Shown here: positions 41,638 through 56,757 of the stretch, piece by piece
Position numbering within the stretch: position 1 is the first letter of the stretch
Layout of the letters: each line of letters begins with the position of its first letter
DNA from: Octopus vulgaris
Taxonomy: Eukaryota
Length of the DNA: 64,000 bases
Direction of reading: 5' to 3'
Assembly: GCA_951406725.2 (NCBI GenBank)
Contig: OX597823.1
Location: forward strand, 78,616,001 to 78,680,000
Notes under the pieces: generated by a model
The model's database searches: none
What the model was told of the DNA's origin: nothing
What the model saw: only the letters and a program-made list of their open reading frames with translations
Translations under genes and position numbers: made by a program

Positions 41638-42151
41638 AACACATATATATGCATATATTTATGCATGTATGTATGTATATGATGGAATCTCCAGTCAAAG
41701 ATGACATATAAGCATTCAGGTTTCGTTTGATAACCTGCATAAATAAGGTTTACAGTGGTCAAATGTATGTGCTATTCATTAGCTCAGCCTCCCCACCAAT
41801 CCATGAATGAAATCGACATTTTCTGTATAGGTACACAAGTCTGCCTTACGTCAGATGTCAAATTGTGCCTGGCCTGAGAACAGAAACCATGATCTAGCAT
41901 TCATGAGAGCAACATCCTAACCACTAGAACAAGCACTGTAAAATATAAATGTTACTACACATGTGCTGTTTGTGATTTCGTTTCCTTCTTTGGACTGTTC
42001 CCTTTCTCCTTTCTGAAGAAGAGCTATACTCAAAACATCAAATTCTCTCTTTTCACCGAGAGTCGAGCTAATACATTTCTTGTGCATGTCCTCATGTTAT
42101 CCTTTAATTTTATTTGTTTATTTCAACTTATTGTTTATTTGAATTGACTAA

Positions 42152-42215
<64 letters not shown>

Positions 42216-42427
42216 GTAGATGGACAGACAGACAGGCAAATAAATAGACATGCAGATAGATTGGTAGATAGATAATTTCATTTTCACTTCTTAGAGCTCA
42301 CAGTTTCATTTGCTCCAGTTAATTTTGTAAGAGCAGACAGCAACTGGTTGTCAAAGATCTCACAAGGTCTCTTTCCACAGTACCTAATACCCAACCTCAA
42401 TCATTATTATTATTATTATCATTGTTG

Positions 42428-42470
<43 letters not shown>

Positions 42471-42482
42471 CATTATTATTAT

Positions 42483-42710
42483 TCAGTAGTTTTATTTTTA
42501 TAGTGTGCTTTCACTTCACTACCGAGTGCAGCTCTGTGTGCCTTGGGTATGTGCTGTGATTTGTTGTGATGCTCTGATGGTTATTGTATGGAAAGTGTTC
42601 TGCATAGGATGTGTGCAGTGCCTAGTAGTGCAATTTTCTGTATGTTATATGTGTTTGTAAGTCCTGGTGTTTTTGTTATGTATTTGTCTGAATTTATATG
42701 TATTTGTCTG
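42483..42710 (-). mobile_element. R4/Dong-like LINE 3' end in a (TAA)n array
   Basis: PGLTNTYNIQKIALLGTAHILCRTLSIQ*; (TAT)n on both sides. Confidence 0.72.
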
Positions 42711-42730
42711 AATGTTATGTATTTGTCTGA

Positions 42731-42852
<122 letters not shown>

Positions 42853-43300
42853 CATTTAATCCATTTGCATCATTGTTATTTTTGTACTAATTGTCCTCTG
42901 GTACCCCTAGATAAGTAACACCAAATGCATATTTTTGCACAATCCAAAGAGATACAACTTAATGCAAGACATATGAAGTGCAATTCTGATAAATTCAACT
43001 GCACATAATATGTAACTTTCACATAGAATCATTCACATGAATATATAACATGCTGGAGTTGAACTAGGGACAGCTGATGAAGGGGATTTTTCCTTGTGTA
43101 GTTTGTCTTGTACTCTGTTTTTCGTTGTAAAAAAATGGTCTGTTCCATGCTTGTTCTTCCGTTTTCGTTTCTCGTTGAGTTCTACGTCTATTTGTGGTGT
43201 CCTGTACTCATGTATATATATTTATATATGCATGTATATATACATGTAGATGTAGGTACGTATATATATGTATGTATGTATGCATATATTTTATTTATTA

Positions 43301-43343
<43 letters not shown>

Positions 43344-43365
43344 CACACACGTATATATACATATA

Positions 43366-44524
43366 CAGGGCAAAATAATGGAAACACCTAGCATCATAGC
43401 ATTATAATTTTGAAATATCTATAAACCCGTAAAAAGCTTGTTTATTTTTATGTATTTTTATTTATTATTAGCGTTGCTTAATATGTTATGCTAAAATTGC
43501 TGTTTCTTTTCAGATATCATCAGAAAAAGGTAATGAAAATTCATTAAAATGACAGATCTATTGGACTTTCAAAGAGATCAAATTGGTGCTCGTATGGCAG
43601 GTGCTAACTTTATGAAAACAGCTAAAATGTTTGGTGTATCAAGAAGTACTGTCTCGAAAGTAATGACAGCCTTTGAGAAAGAAGGAAAAACCTCCTTGTT
43701 GAAACAAAACTCCAGAAGAAAACCAAAACTTTCAGATAGGGACCATCGGACTCTTACACGAATTGTTAGAAAGGATCACAAAAGTACATTTCTCAAAATT
43801 ACTGCAGAGCTTAATGACCACCCCGAGAACCCAGTTTTCATGAGAACTGTTCACTGGGAGCTGCACAAAGCCAGATTTCACAGGAGGGCTGCAATCAGAA
43901 AATGAATACTTTCAAAAACAAATGTTCCAAAGCATTTAGAGTGGAGTAAAAACCTACAGAATTGGTCCCTAGAGCAGTGAAAGAATGCTATTTTCTCTGA
44001 CTAGTCATCCTTTACCATATTTTCGACCACTGGCCAAGTATACATGTGAAGACAGCCAAAAGAAGCATTTGACCAAGACTGCCTTCTTCTAACTGTTAGA
44101 CTTGGAGGAGGATCTGTGATGATCCTATGTTTGAGAAACTGTTTCTGGAGAGAAACGCAATGTTTCAGGATGATAATGCACCAATTCACATGGCTAAAGT
44201 TGTTACCGAATGGCACGAAAAACATTCTAGTGAAGTTGGACATCTTATCTGACCACCACAGTCAGATCTCAATATTATTGAACATTTATGGTGCATTTTA
44301 GAAAAAACAAGTAAGGAGTTGATATCCTCCACCACATGACTACAAGAACTGGAAACTCTTTTAGCCGAAGAATGGACCAAAATTCCTTTGGAAACAATTC
44401 AAACTTTGTATGAGTTCATACTTTGGAGAATTCAAGCTGTAATTATTGCCAAAGGCAGTCCTACCCCATATTAAAATAAATTTGTTTGAAATTTTTAGGT
44501 GCTTCCATTATTTTGTTTAACACC

Positions 44525-44526
<2 letters not shown>
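43366..44526 (+). mobile_element. Tc1-type transposon, near full length, transposase pseudogene (~43549-44475)
   Basis: TA flanks; TIR CAAAATAATGGAA(A/G)CACCTA; paired-like HTH (TAKMFGVSRSTVSK), FQDDNAPIH and DLNIIEHLW motifs; stops and frameshifts. Confidence 0.92.
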
Positions 44527-44600
<74 letters not shown>

Positions 44601-44746
44601 TGTACATATATGTAAATAAATATACATATATATACATATATATATATACATACATATATATGTATATATATATATGTATATGCATATATACATGTCTGTG
44701 TGTATATATTTATATATGCATATGTGTTATATATAAATATATATAT

Positions 44747-44777
<31 letters not shown>

Positions 44778-45286
44778 TATACATGTATATGTGTATATAT
44801 TTATATATGCATATGTGTTATATATAAATATATATACACACACACATGCATATATATGTATACATATATATATGTGTGTGTGTATGTATATATATATATG
44901 TGTATGTGTATAAATATTTATATAAGTAAGGAAAATGAATTAGGTACCACCAAATTATTTATCACAATTTTCTCTCTACGATTCTGTATCTAACCTCACT
45001 GCAAGTGATTCTGTGTGAAAAGTTACATATTATGTGCAGTTGAATTTATTAGAATTGCACGTCATATGACTTGCATTAAGTTGTATCTCTTTGGATTGTG
45101 CAAATATATGTATATATATATGCATGTATGGATGTATATATAAATTCATGCATATATGTATTCATTAAAAAAAATATCAGTGATAAAGGTTTCATTTCCG
45201 AGGTTATTGATATAGTAATATATAATAACTTTGAATTTTCCTAAGGAAATGATATGAAATGCTGTTTAAATCCTTTTATCTAGTTT

Positions 45287-45347
<61 letters not shown>

Positions 45348-45417
45348 CTGTCAATTGTCTAATGTTTGTGAGTCATTCTTTGTCTCTAACAAATATTGAC
45401 TTTCTAATGCTAGACAC

Positions 45418-45462
<45 letters not shown>

Positions 45463-46292
45463 GCATACCTAGATAAAAAGATTTAAGTTGTAATTCCTTC
45501 ATTTCCTGTTTTATATTTATATGCAAATAAATAAGTTAAGAAATGCTACCTTTGTCATTTCTGAGGTGGCAGAATTGTTAGTGTCAGGAAAAAATGGTTT
45601 GAGGTATTGAAGCACTTCTGACTTTTTACAAAAAAATTAATATACTATTCAGTATACTAGCAACAACTTTTTCTTCTTTACATACTTACATACAGGCACA
45701 CATTCACACACACATACATACATGTACATACATATTTGTTAATGTATGTATGTGTACACACACACACACACACACACACATATTTATATATATATATATA
45801 TATAGTTAGATAGATAGATACATACATATATACATACATACATATACACATACATACATACATACATACATAGGTTTATACCTGTAATTATTGGAGCCCT
45901 GGGATATGTAACAGACTGCCTGAATACCAATCTTGAGAAATTGGGCTTCTGAGGACCAGAAAGTTGAAAGCTAATTTGAAGACTACAAATCCAATCCACC
46001 TTAGGAACTGTAAAAATATATAAAACTTTCCAGAATTTTATTCTTTAAATATATATGAGCATGTCTAGATATGTAACTATATGCATGAGAATACATACAT
46101 AAAAGATACAAAACTGCACATACATATATACATACATACATACATACATACATACATACAAAAGTACCCCGTTGTTGATGTTGAAATTCCAATGAAGGAG
46201 CCTTGTATCTAGGTTAGAAACTGGTTCTTTCTCTATTGGCAAGAAATCTTGAAATAAACTGAATAATGGCATGCATACATACATACATACAT

Positions 46293-46440
46293 ACAGGCAT
46301 GGCTGTGTGGTAAGAAGCTTGCTTGCCAAACATATGGTTCCGGGTTCAGTCCCCCTGAGTGGCATCTTGGGCATGTCCCTTCTACTATAGTCTCAGGCCA
46401 ACCAAAGTTTTAAGGGTGTAAATTGAAAGAAGCCTGTGGT
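46293..46440 (+). mobile_element. SINE family A head
   Basis: GGCATGGCTGTGTGGTAAGAAGCTTGC head. Confidence 0.8.
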
Positions 46441-46707
46441 ATATATGTATACACACACTCACTCACACACACACACACACACACACATATAGGTATGTAT
46501 GTACGCATGCATGTATATATTTATATGCATACAGCAATATTGACCATGGTATTAAGGTTTCTTAGTGGAGTCTGGGGCTGAAATCATTTCCAGTGTTCTC
46601 CAAATATTGAACATGAAGCCCAGAGGAAGCTTCAAGCCATTTTACACCTCTACCCAAGAATGACTGCCTTCTTGTTTCCTTTTGCTACACTTATATATCC
46701 TCCTCCG

Positions 46708-47690
46708 CATCATCATCATCGTTTAATGTCCATTTTCCATGCTAGCATGTGTTTGACGGTTTGACTGAGGTCTGGGAAGCCAGGAGGCTGCACCAGGCTC
46801 CAGTCTGATCTGGCAGTGTTTCTACAGCTGGATGCCCTTCCTAACACCAACCACTCCATAAGCGTAGTGGGTGCTTTTTATGTGCCACTGGCACAAGTGC
46901 CAGGGGAGGCTGGCAACAGCCATGATTGGTTGGTGCTTTTTACATGCCACCGGCTCAGTTGCCAGGGGAGGCTGGCAATGGCCATGATCGGTTGGTGCTT
47001 TTTACATGCCACCGGCACGGAAGCCAGTCATGATGACGCTGTCATCGGCCACATTCGGATGGTGCTTTTTACATGCCACCGGCAAGGATATCACAACTAC
47101 AATTTCCATTTGATTTTTATTTTGATGCTGATGTACCTGACTCAATAGATCTCCTCAAGCACAACAGGTCACCATACAATTCAAGGTAAGCACAGCAGGC
47201 CATCCTGTGATCCAAGGTACTTTGGATGGGCTGGGACTGCTATGTGAAACTGGTGCAGGAAACAGCCATGATCTCACTTTATTTGTTGTGTCTTCGCAGT
47301 CACAACATATCTTGGTTTTTTCTCATTGCCTCTGTGAGGCCCAACGTTCGAAGGTCATGCTTGACCACCTCATCCCTTGTCTTCCTGGGTTTACCTCTAC
47401 TCCAGATTCTTTCAATTGTTTGTGAGTGGCACTTCTTTACACATCTCTCCTTATCCGTCCGTAGTACATGACCATACCAGCGCAAATGTCTCTCTTGCAC
47501 ACCACATTCGATGCTTCTTATGTCCAGCATTTCTCTCAGGGCACTTAAACTCTGTCGTTTGTGCACACTGATATTACATATCCAGCAGAACATGCTAGCT
47601 TCATTTCTTTCAAGCCTATGCATGTCCTCCGCAGTCACAGCCCATGCTTCATGGCAGTGAAGCATGGCAGTTTGCACACGTGCGTTGTAC
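46708..47690 (-). mobile_element. 5'-truncated RTE LINE: ORF C-terminus, long repetitive 3' UTR and (GAT)n tail
   Basis: RLYNARVQTAMLH...LRWYGHVLR...RGKPRKT..EVVKHDL, continuous with the abundant 3' UTR repeat. Confidence 0.88.
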
Positions 47691-48329
47691 AATCTGTTCA
47701 AACTGGCTAGATCTGGCCTCTCACACCTATCGAACAATGTCATTCAAAACACATCATTGAAATCACAAAGCTATGAGATAATGCATGAATAACTGAAAAC
47801 AATGTAGAGAAATAAGCATTACATTTGACAGCATAATATGAATACTAAATGGTTAAATACACAGGCACACAAACACACACACACACACACACACTTACAT
47901 ATAAACATATAAGTATATAAAATTAAATTATTATGTGCACAGTGATAAGTGAGAAACTGAAGGTTGCCATAATATTCATTCTTAGTATATTTTGGTAGAT
48001 TTAAGTGTGAATACGCTGATCACTGTTCTCTTCTGTTACTGGAGAACAACTTCTCTTCTTTGGACAAATGTGTGTTCATAACACACTTGATTCATTACGA
48101 TAATGGAACTTTGGGACACTTAGTGTTTCAGCCTTGTTTTCTCTTCTCAGCCAAAGTTAACCTGGAGTAATGGATCTAACAAGAGTTTTTGGTTTTTGTT
48201 TATAAATTCAGCAAACAAATTATTTACTCATGTGTACTGATATCTACCAACTTATAATAAATAATCATGTACATGGTGAACAGTGAGAATTAGAACACAC
48301 ACATGTTTAAATATATATATATATATATA

Positions 48330-48383
<54 letters not shown>

Positions 48384-48388
48384 CTTAA

Positions 48389-48439
<51 letters not shown>

Positions 48440-49497
48440 AATACATGTATGTGTATGACAACTCCACTAGAATGGACGAAAGCGCTTATATATGATATAT
48501 GATGTATAAAAACATGTAATATACAAATAAATATCTGTAAATATAAAACCATCCAAATTTCTGAGTATCTCATTTCTTCTAATATAAAATACCTGTACAT
48601 CATCTCCAAACCTTCTAATATATGCATATATGTATTCATACACACATACACACACACACATGCATACCACATACATGTATGTAGTTTGAAGAATTATGTC
48701 TGAAGCAAAGTACCTTGAGCAACATAATAAATGCAATCTTTGAATTACAGAGAAGTTAAAGATTCTGACTCTGCTAAGGAACATACATAATAAAGGAGAG
48801 CAAACACTTTCTCATTGTCCATAGATAAAACAGTTTTGAAATACTTCTCAGCCCCAACAATCCACAGATCCAACCCATCTTCTTGCTTGCACTTTTGTGC
48901 CTTCTACTTCTATTCCCCAAGCGCTTACATAAATATTGACCATCCTCCAGTATTGCAAACCACAAAAGTGACACCTGTTCAATAATGATATCACTCACCA
49001 TTAATAACTCATTGGCATTTCTTCATATCCCATTATTCTACTCTCTATAAATATACAGGGCCTAACACCTCAGGAGATACCAAATATTTGGATAACACCT
49101 ATTTACCATCTAGCACCCAGAACACATCAACATATCACCAATATTTATCTTATAATGCCAACCACTCTCTCCACTCACATATATCATTACAGATTTAATT
49201 ATGCATATGTACTTGTTCACAACATAGACAACTCTTATCACACAACAATTTATACTACCAGAAATGTGAACAACATGTATTAATCATGAGTGTGACATAT
49301 ACATGACTGCAGCTCATATATAAAGTCACACTCTTACATAACTTGCACTCATATATAAATTGCTTCCTTAATTTAGAGTTAAATCTGGATGCAATTTTTT
49401 TTTTCTCTTCATAGTTTTAGCTTTGCTCAATGTATAAGCTGTGATACCACTTTTTGTTTTATTCATTTAAAATAATGTACAAAACAGTGCAATTTAT

Positions 49498-49689
49498 GCA
49501 AGATAAACTCAAAAATTATATGCATTCTTGTTTTTCCAATGCATCTACACAAAAGCAGGGGATAAACAAGCACATATTTTTCTATAAAGCCTCTTTTCTT
49601 TTCAATGCACTTGGTCCAGCGGTCCATAAGCCTATGTATTCCCTCCAAGAAGAAGGGTTTTTGGTTGGTCATGCAATCATTTATACACT
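49498..49689 (-). mobile_element. Mariner transposase C-terminal remnant
   Basis: FFLEGIHRLMDRWTKCIEKKRGFIEK. Confidence 0.7.
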
Positions 49690-49691
49690 TA

Positions 49692-50922
49692 TTGGGTTGG
49701 CAACTAAGTTCCCACTGTTTTTTTTTATTTAAATTTTTTAAAAGGCTTAATAAAAAATAACAACTAATTAATCAATAATCTATTCAATCTTTTTATTTAC
49801 AACTTCTTCTCAACGTTCAACAAGGCTTCCATTACCTCATTGGTAGAAATAACCTGATTTCGACTCAAAAAATTGATCCAACCAAGCTCAATTCTGCATC
49901 AGTATTGAATGAAACTCCACGCATAGCAAGAGATTGAAAGAAGTGGAGATCCATTGGTGCCAAATCAGGAGAGTATGGTGGGTGTGGCAGCACTTCTCAG
50001 CCATGCTTTTGAATGGCTTCTTTGGTCATATTGGTGATATTCGTGCAGATTGTCATGCAGCAGAAGAACTCCATGCTGCCGATTAAGTCTTTTCTCTTGA
50101 ATAGCCATTTTCAGTCGTTCCATTTGTTGACCATTTGGTTCTGTTCAAGCAATTCATGATGGATAATCCCTTCCCAGTCCCACCATATGCACAACATCGT
50201 TTTATGTGGATAGAGATCTTGTTTCACGTGCAGTGTTGCTTGTTTACTGGGGCTAAGCCATTCTTTACGCTACTTCATTTTGATGTACAGGCACCCTTTT
50301 TCGTCGGCAGTAACGATTTGGTAAAGAAATCGTTGCTTGTGTCCATGAGTTGAGCAGTGCGGAGCAAGCAAACCAGCCAAGCTTGTTACTCGTTGATATT
50401 TGTTGTTGTCACTCAAAGCATGCGGAATCCATGCTCCATACTTCTGAACCTTTCCCATCGAGTGAAGATGCTTCTCTATAACAGTGTGGGAGCATTCCAT
50501 TTTCTCTGCCATTTCCCTTGTCGTTTGACGAGAATTTTCATGCAAAAGTTAGTTGAATCACTCTTCATCTAACTCAACTGGACAGCCAGAATGAGTGCAT
50601 CTTTGAGGTCAAAATTTCTATTTTTGAACTTGGCATACCAATCACGAGTGGTTCTTTCAGCTAGGGCACCCTCTCCATACGAGGCACAAATGTCGTGAGC
50701 AGCTTTTGCAGCCTTAGAACCTTGATTAAAAGCAAAAAGAAGGAGGTGTCAAAAATGCTCGTTTTTCTTAACTTGACATTCCATTTTAATGATCTGAAAA
50801 TAAGCAAAAAATAACTAGAAGAAAAACAAATTAGATTCCTAAAATGATTAAAAAATAGAATTCTTGAAAAATTATAGATTCCAAAATTTAAAAGAATGGC
50901 AGGAACTTAGTTGCCAACCCAG
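49692..50922 (-). mobile_element. Mariner transposon, full length, transposase pseudogene
   Basis: TA flanks; TIR TGGGTTGGCAACTAAGTTCC; MECQVKKNEHF start, WIPHAL, IVTADEK and YSPDLAP motifs; stops and frameshifts. Confidence 0.93.
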
Positions 50923-51045
50923 TATATATTTGTATGCATATTTATATATACAGATACTTACACACATATATATATATATATACATATTCGTATATATATA
51001 TATATATATATATATGAATGCATAATAAATATAGGCATATATATA

Positions 51046-51083
<38 letters not shown>

Positions 51084-51664
51084 TGCATAATAAATATAGG
51101 CATATATATATGTACATATATATATATATATATATAAATATATGTGTGTGTGTGTAGGTATGGTGGAGGCTTTTATTGTAAATGACTGATGAAGGTTCTG
51201 CAATTTCTTACTGAATTTGTTTATAGTAATCAATTATTGTGCCTCTCTCCATCAGATCAATACTTGCTGTACAGTTGCACAACATGCAGTATACCAGTTC
51301 TCAAAGTGATCAAAAAGCAATGAAGAGTTTCTCTTAAGAACACAATGCGTCACCCAGTCTAGGAATTGAAACCATAATCTTGTGATCATGAGTGCAACAT
51401 CCTAATAGAAAGGCCACGCACCTTCACATTACATAATGTAATATGATATAATGTAATATAATTTAATTTGTATATTATAAAAAAAATATATAAATGTACA
51501 TTTACATATCCATGCATATATATATATATAGGTTTCTCCTATTACTTATACATGTACTAATGTATATTGGTATATATATATTTGCATATAAGTATATATA
51601 TAGGTTTCTCCTATTATTTATACATGTGCTAATGTATATTGGTATATATATATTTGCATGTATG

Positions 51665-51717
<53 letters not shown>

Positions 51718-51794
51718 CTGTATATATATATGTGTGTGTCTGTATATATATATATGTGTGTATATATATATGTGTGTATATATATATATGTGTG

Positions 51795-51877
<83 letters not shown>

Positions 51878-51886
51878 GTATATATG

Positions 51887-51943
<57 letters not shown>

Positions 51944-53384
51944 TAGCATACATGCATAAATAATAGGAGAAACCTAATGCTGAAAAGCTAAGTTCTTGAG
52001 AAAACTCTGGATGAGTTTTCTATTGAAGTAAGATCTCAGTACTTCAGCTTCAGACAGACATTTGTAACTTAATTAGAGATTTGCAGAGAGTTGAAAGTAG
52101 TCTTCTTTTGTCTAAATAGTAGCAAGTTTTCTTTCTTAAGAAAAAAGATTCTTGGTTTAATTCCAGTCAGTGGGTTCTTTTACATTTTTCTCACCATAGT
52201 TTTTGTTTATGGTTATGTAATACAACTTTCAAACATCTATATAGACTCATATGCATACATATACATATTTATGTGTGTGTGTGTGTGCGTGTATATATAT
52301 ATATATATGTGTGTGTATATGTATGTATGTGTATGTATGTGTGTATATGTATGTATGTATGTATGTATATGTATATATATGCATATATATTATATATATG
52401 TATATATGTGTATATATATTATATATATGTATGTATATGTATATATATATGTATATATTTATATATATATATGTATGTATATGCATATATATGTATATAC
52501 ATGTATGTATATGTATATATATGTATGTATATGTATATATATATATGGATATATTACATATATGTATATATATATATATATTATATATATATGTATGTAC
52601 TTAAAAATGTATATATACACATATTTTTTTAAAATTTTATTTTATCTAGTTTCAGCTCATTATATATATATGTATGTACTTATATATATATATAGTATAT
52701 ATATATATGCATATATATGTATATAAATGCACATATTTGTGTGTGTGTATATGTGCACACACACACACACACACACAAACACATGCATATATATATATAT
52801 ACACAAATTCATATAGACATATATGCATATATATGTATATTGATATATATGCTATGTATAAATGTATATGTGTGTGTGTACATATATATGTGTTCACGTC
52901 TATGAATGTGTATATATCTATAGCCATCTATCTATTCACTTGCCTGTCTGCCTATCAATTTATCTATCTACCTATCTATGATAGATCTATTTTCTATAAT
53001 GTACATACATCTGTATTGTAGTATGTGTGTACATACATGTGTACAGGAAATATGTATAGTAAACAGCACACTGTATATAACTGAACCGTTGTTTCATTCA
53101 ATTCTGCTCCAGTCCTAAGCAGATCTAGAGGATTATCTTGTCAGTCTTCTGTTTAGCTAACGTATGACAAACATATATCATTTTCTACACACTTCTAACA
53201 CAAAAGGTGTATTGAGCACTTTTGGGTTTTTTCTATCACAAAATATACAGTGCTCTATCTGTCTAAATACCCAGCAACATACTTATATACATACGTTCAT
53301 ATGTACCCCTGTCTGTATGTTTATATATCTATTTGTCTATCCATCCATTGATACATATATACATACACACATAAATATATATAC

Positions 53385-53492
53385 AGACATGGGATGAGGT
53401 AATGAGAACTGATTTCAGGATGTTGAATCTCAGAAAGAAGAGATGACAATGGAGCAAGATGGCTGGCAACAGGCAGTTCTCAAGAAAACCTA
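53385..53492 (+). mobile_element. Short RTE C-terminal fragment
   Basis: TWDEVMRTDFRMLNL resembles the ORF end at 47300-47390. Confidence 0.5.
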
Positions 53493-53514
53493 AGTTTACA
53501 CATATATATATATA

Positions 53515-53888
53515 CTGTTTACACTTTTACTTGTTTCAGTCATTTGACTGCGGCTATGCTGGAGCACCGCCTTTAATCAAGCAACTCGACACTGGGACTT
53601 ATTCTATCGGTCTCTTTTGCTGAACCGCTAAGTAACGGGGACATAAACACACCAGCATCGGTTGTCAAGCAATGCTAGGGGAACAAACACAGACACACAA
53701 ACACACACACACACACATATATATATATACATATATACGACAGGCTTCTTTCAGTTTCCATCTACCAAATCCACTCACATGGCTTTGGTCGGCCCGAGGC
53801 TATAGTAGAAGACACTTACTCAAGGTGCCACGCAGTGGGACTGAACCCGGAACCATGTGGTTGGTTAACAAGCTACTTACCACATGTA

Positions 53889-53922
<34 letters not shown>

Positions 53923-54085
53923 ACAGGCTTCTTTTTGTTTCTGTCTACCAAGTCCACTCACAAGGCTTTGGTTGGCCCAAGGCTATAGTAGAAGATACTT
54001 GCTCAAGGCGCCACACAGTGGGACTGAACCCAGAACCATGTGGTTAGGAAGCAAGCTTCTTACCACACAGCCACTCCTGCGCCTG
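53515..54085 (-). mobile_element. SINE family A, full copy plus an adjacent extra head
   Basis: Copies at 53515-53885 and 53920-54085. Confidence 0.88.
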
Positions 54086-54461
54086 TATACATATATATTA
54101 TATCATCATCATTGGTGTCATTGTTGTGGTCATCATCAGCATCATCATGGGCTAGATCACTTGACAGGAGTTGGTAAACCAGAGGACTGTGCCAAGCTCC
54201 ACCGTCTGTTTTGTAATAGTTTTTATGGATGGATGTCCTCTCTAGTTGATCAACCTCTTTTACAGGGTGGACTGACTGCTTTGCACATGCTTTTTACATG
54301 ACAGCACTAGCAGCAGCAACTGCAGCAACGACACCAAGGAACTTGAAAGACAAGAGAGAGAGGAAGAGTGATTTTGAGAGAGGTGGCTTTGTGCCACATG
54401 ATGAGTGGTTAGAGTATGACAGAGGGACCAAAACAGGTATCTTGCAGTAGAGGAAATATAA

Positions 54462-55125
54462 AGGCACAGGTGAGGCAGTGGTAAGAACTTTGCTGCACAG
54501 GCAAATAGCTCAGGGTTCAGTCCCACTGTATGGCACCTTGGGCAAGATTTTTATACTATAGACTGAGGCCAACCATAGCACTGAGAGTGGATTTGGTAGA
54601 CAGAAACTGTAAAGGTGGCATGAGCTGGCAGAAATGTTAGCATGCTCAGCAGGATTTCGTCTGCCGCTACATTCTGAGTTCAAATTCCGCCGAGGTCAAC
54701 TTTTCCTTTCATCTTTTCGGGGCTGATTAAATATGTACCAGTTACGCACTGGGGTCGATATAATCGACTCAATCCATTTGTCTGTTCTTGTTTGTCCCCT
54801 CTGTGTGTAGCCCCTTGTGGGCAGTAAAGAAATAAGAAACTGTAAGAAGCCCGTCATATACATACGTACATATATAACTGTGTATATTTGTGTGTGTGTG
54901 TCTTTGTGACCGTGTTTGACCCCCACCAACACTTAACAACCAGAGTTGGTGTGTTTATGCCCTTGTAACTTAGCAGTTCAGCAAAAGCGACCCATAAAAT
55001 GAGTATCAGGCTTAAGAATGAAAAATAATTAGTGGAATCAATTCATTCGACTAAAAATTCATAGAGGCAGTGCTCCAGTATGGTCACAGACTAATACTTG
55101 AAGCAAGTAAAAAAGTAAAAGATAA
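54462..55125 (+). mobile_element. Diverged family A SINE with nested family E SINE (54613-54834)
   Basis: 11-bp TSD AGAAACTGTAA at 54602-54612 and 54835-54845. Confidence 0.85.
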
Positions 55126-55314
55126 AAGGCATGGCTGTGTGGTAAGAAGCTTGTTTACCAACCGCATGGTTCTGGGTTCAGATCCACTACATGCCACCTT
55201 GGACTAGTGTCTCCTACTATAACCTAGGGGCAAACCAAAGCCTTGTGAGTGGATTTGGTAGACAGAAACTGAAAGAAGCCCGTCGTATACATATGTACAT
55301 ATACATACATACAC

Positions 55315-55413
<99 letters not shown>

Positions 55414-55424
55414 TATATGTCGAA

Positions 55425-55764
55425 GGCGCGTGGCTCAGTGGTTAGAGCGTCGAGCTTACGATCGTGAGGTTGTGAGCTCGAATCCCGGACCGGGCTGTGT
55501 GTTGTGTTCTTGAGCAAGACACTTTATTTCACGTTGCTCCAGTTCACTCAGCTGTAGAAATGAGTTGCAACGTCACGGGTGCTAAGCTGTATCGGCCCCT
55601 TTGCCTTTCCCTTGGACAACATCGGTGACGTGGAGAGGGGAGGCCGGTATGCATGGGCGACTGCTGGTCTTCCATAAAACAACCTTGCCCAGACTTGTGC
55701 CTCAGAGAGTAACTCTCTAGGTGCAAACCCATGGTCAGTGTCTGACCGAAGGGGGTCACCACCA

Positions 55765-55768
<4 letters not shown>
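55425..55768 (+). mobile_element. SINE family C, full length, CpG-rich
   Basis: A box TGGCTCAGTGG, B-box-like GAGCTCGAATCCC, CORE-like TTGAGCAAGACACTTTA, distinct tail; sits in (TA)n. Confidence 0.85.
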
Positions 55769-55813
<45 letters not shown>

Positions 55814-56317
55814 CATGTATGTACACTGGCGAAAATAAATTTAAGACTGATGATAAAAGTTCTATTTCTTACAAAATATTTTGTTACTAACACCATACAA
55901 ATTATTTTTATCTTTTAGACCTTATGCTTTATTTTTAAAGTTGCAAAAACATCACAAAAATATCACAAAATCTGCTACTGAGGAAGTACCCAGCCCCTCC
56001 TCAGACATTGCCAGGAAGTCTTTCCTCCCGTCCTCAGACTTTTCCAGGAAGTCCTTCCTCCCCTTCCTCCCCTTTTTCGAATGATGCAAACAATAACTAT
56101 TTTTATACTACTTGAAGAATTCTAATGCTAAATTAATATAAACGTTTCAAATTTACCAGCAAAGTTAGTCTAAGACCGTATCATTATAATTTTATTTAAA
56201 ACTTAAGATTGTAGCAAAAATTAGCAACAAGAATGAAATACATATTAGTACTTTGTGCCGTAGCCTTTATTCTTAATAACGACTGAATAACGTCTCAGTA
56301 TTGAATTCACTGAGTGA

Positions 56318-56595
56318 TTACAAAATTCTTAGCAGCATTACAAAAGCCTCTGCTTTTAAGTTGAGGTGATGAGGAGGCATAGTGGATGGGGTGAGTGAGT
56401 TTATGAATTCAAATGAATAGTTCTGAACCTCCTCTTCATTATTGCAGAATCTGTGCTTAAGTACGTTTTAAGTGCCTCTGGTATAATATTAAGAACTGTT
56501 TCATTTATTGCAAGACAGTCAGAATTTTTAGGAGATAAAATTACTCATTTTCCCATTTCTTCTGGCATGTAGTTGTTGAAAATTTCTGGGTACAA
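56318..56595 (-). pseudogene. Helitron PIF1-like helicase fragment
   Basis: VILSPKNSDCLAINETVLNIIPEALKTYLSTDS / EFINSLTPSTMPPHHLNLKAEAFVMLLRIL; one stop and one frameshift. Confidence 0.85.
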
Positions 56596-56757
56596 ATGTA
56601 CAAATTGAAATTCAAAAGAACAAAATAATAAATGGATTTATGAATGCGAGTTTGGTAATTGCATTTATTTCCACCACCTGTCACTTATTATTACAAACAT
56701 GTTTTAACTAACCTATACTATACACACATGCAAATACATTCATATATATATGAATGT

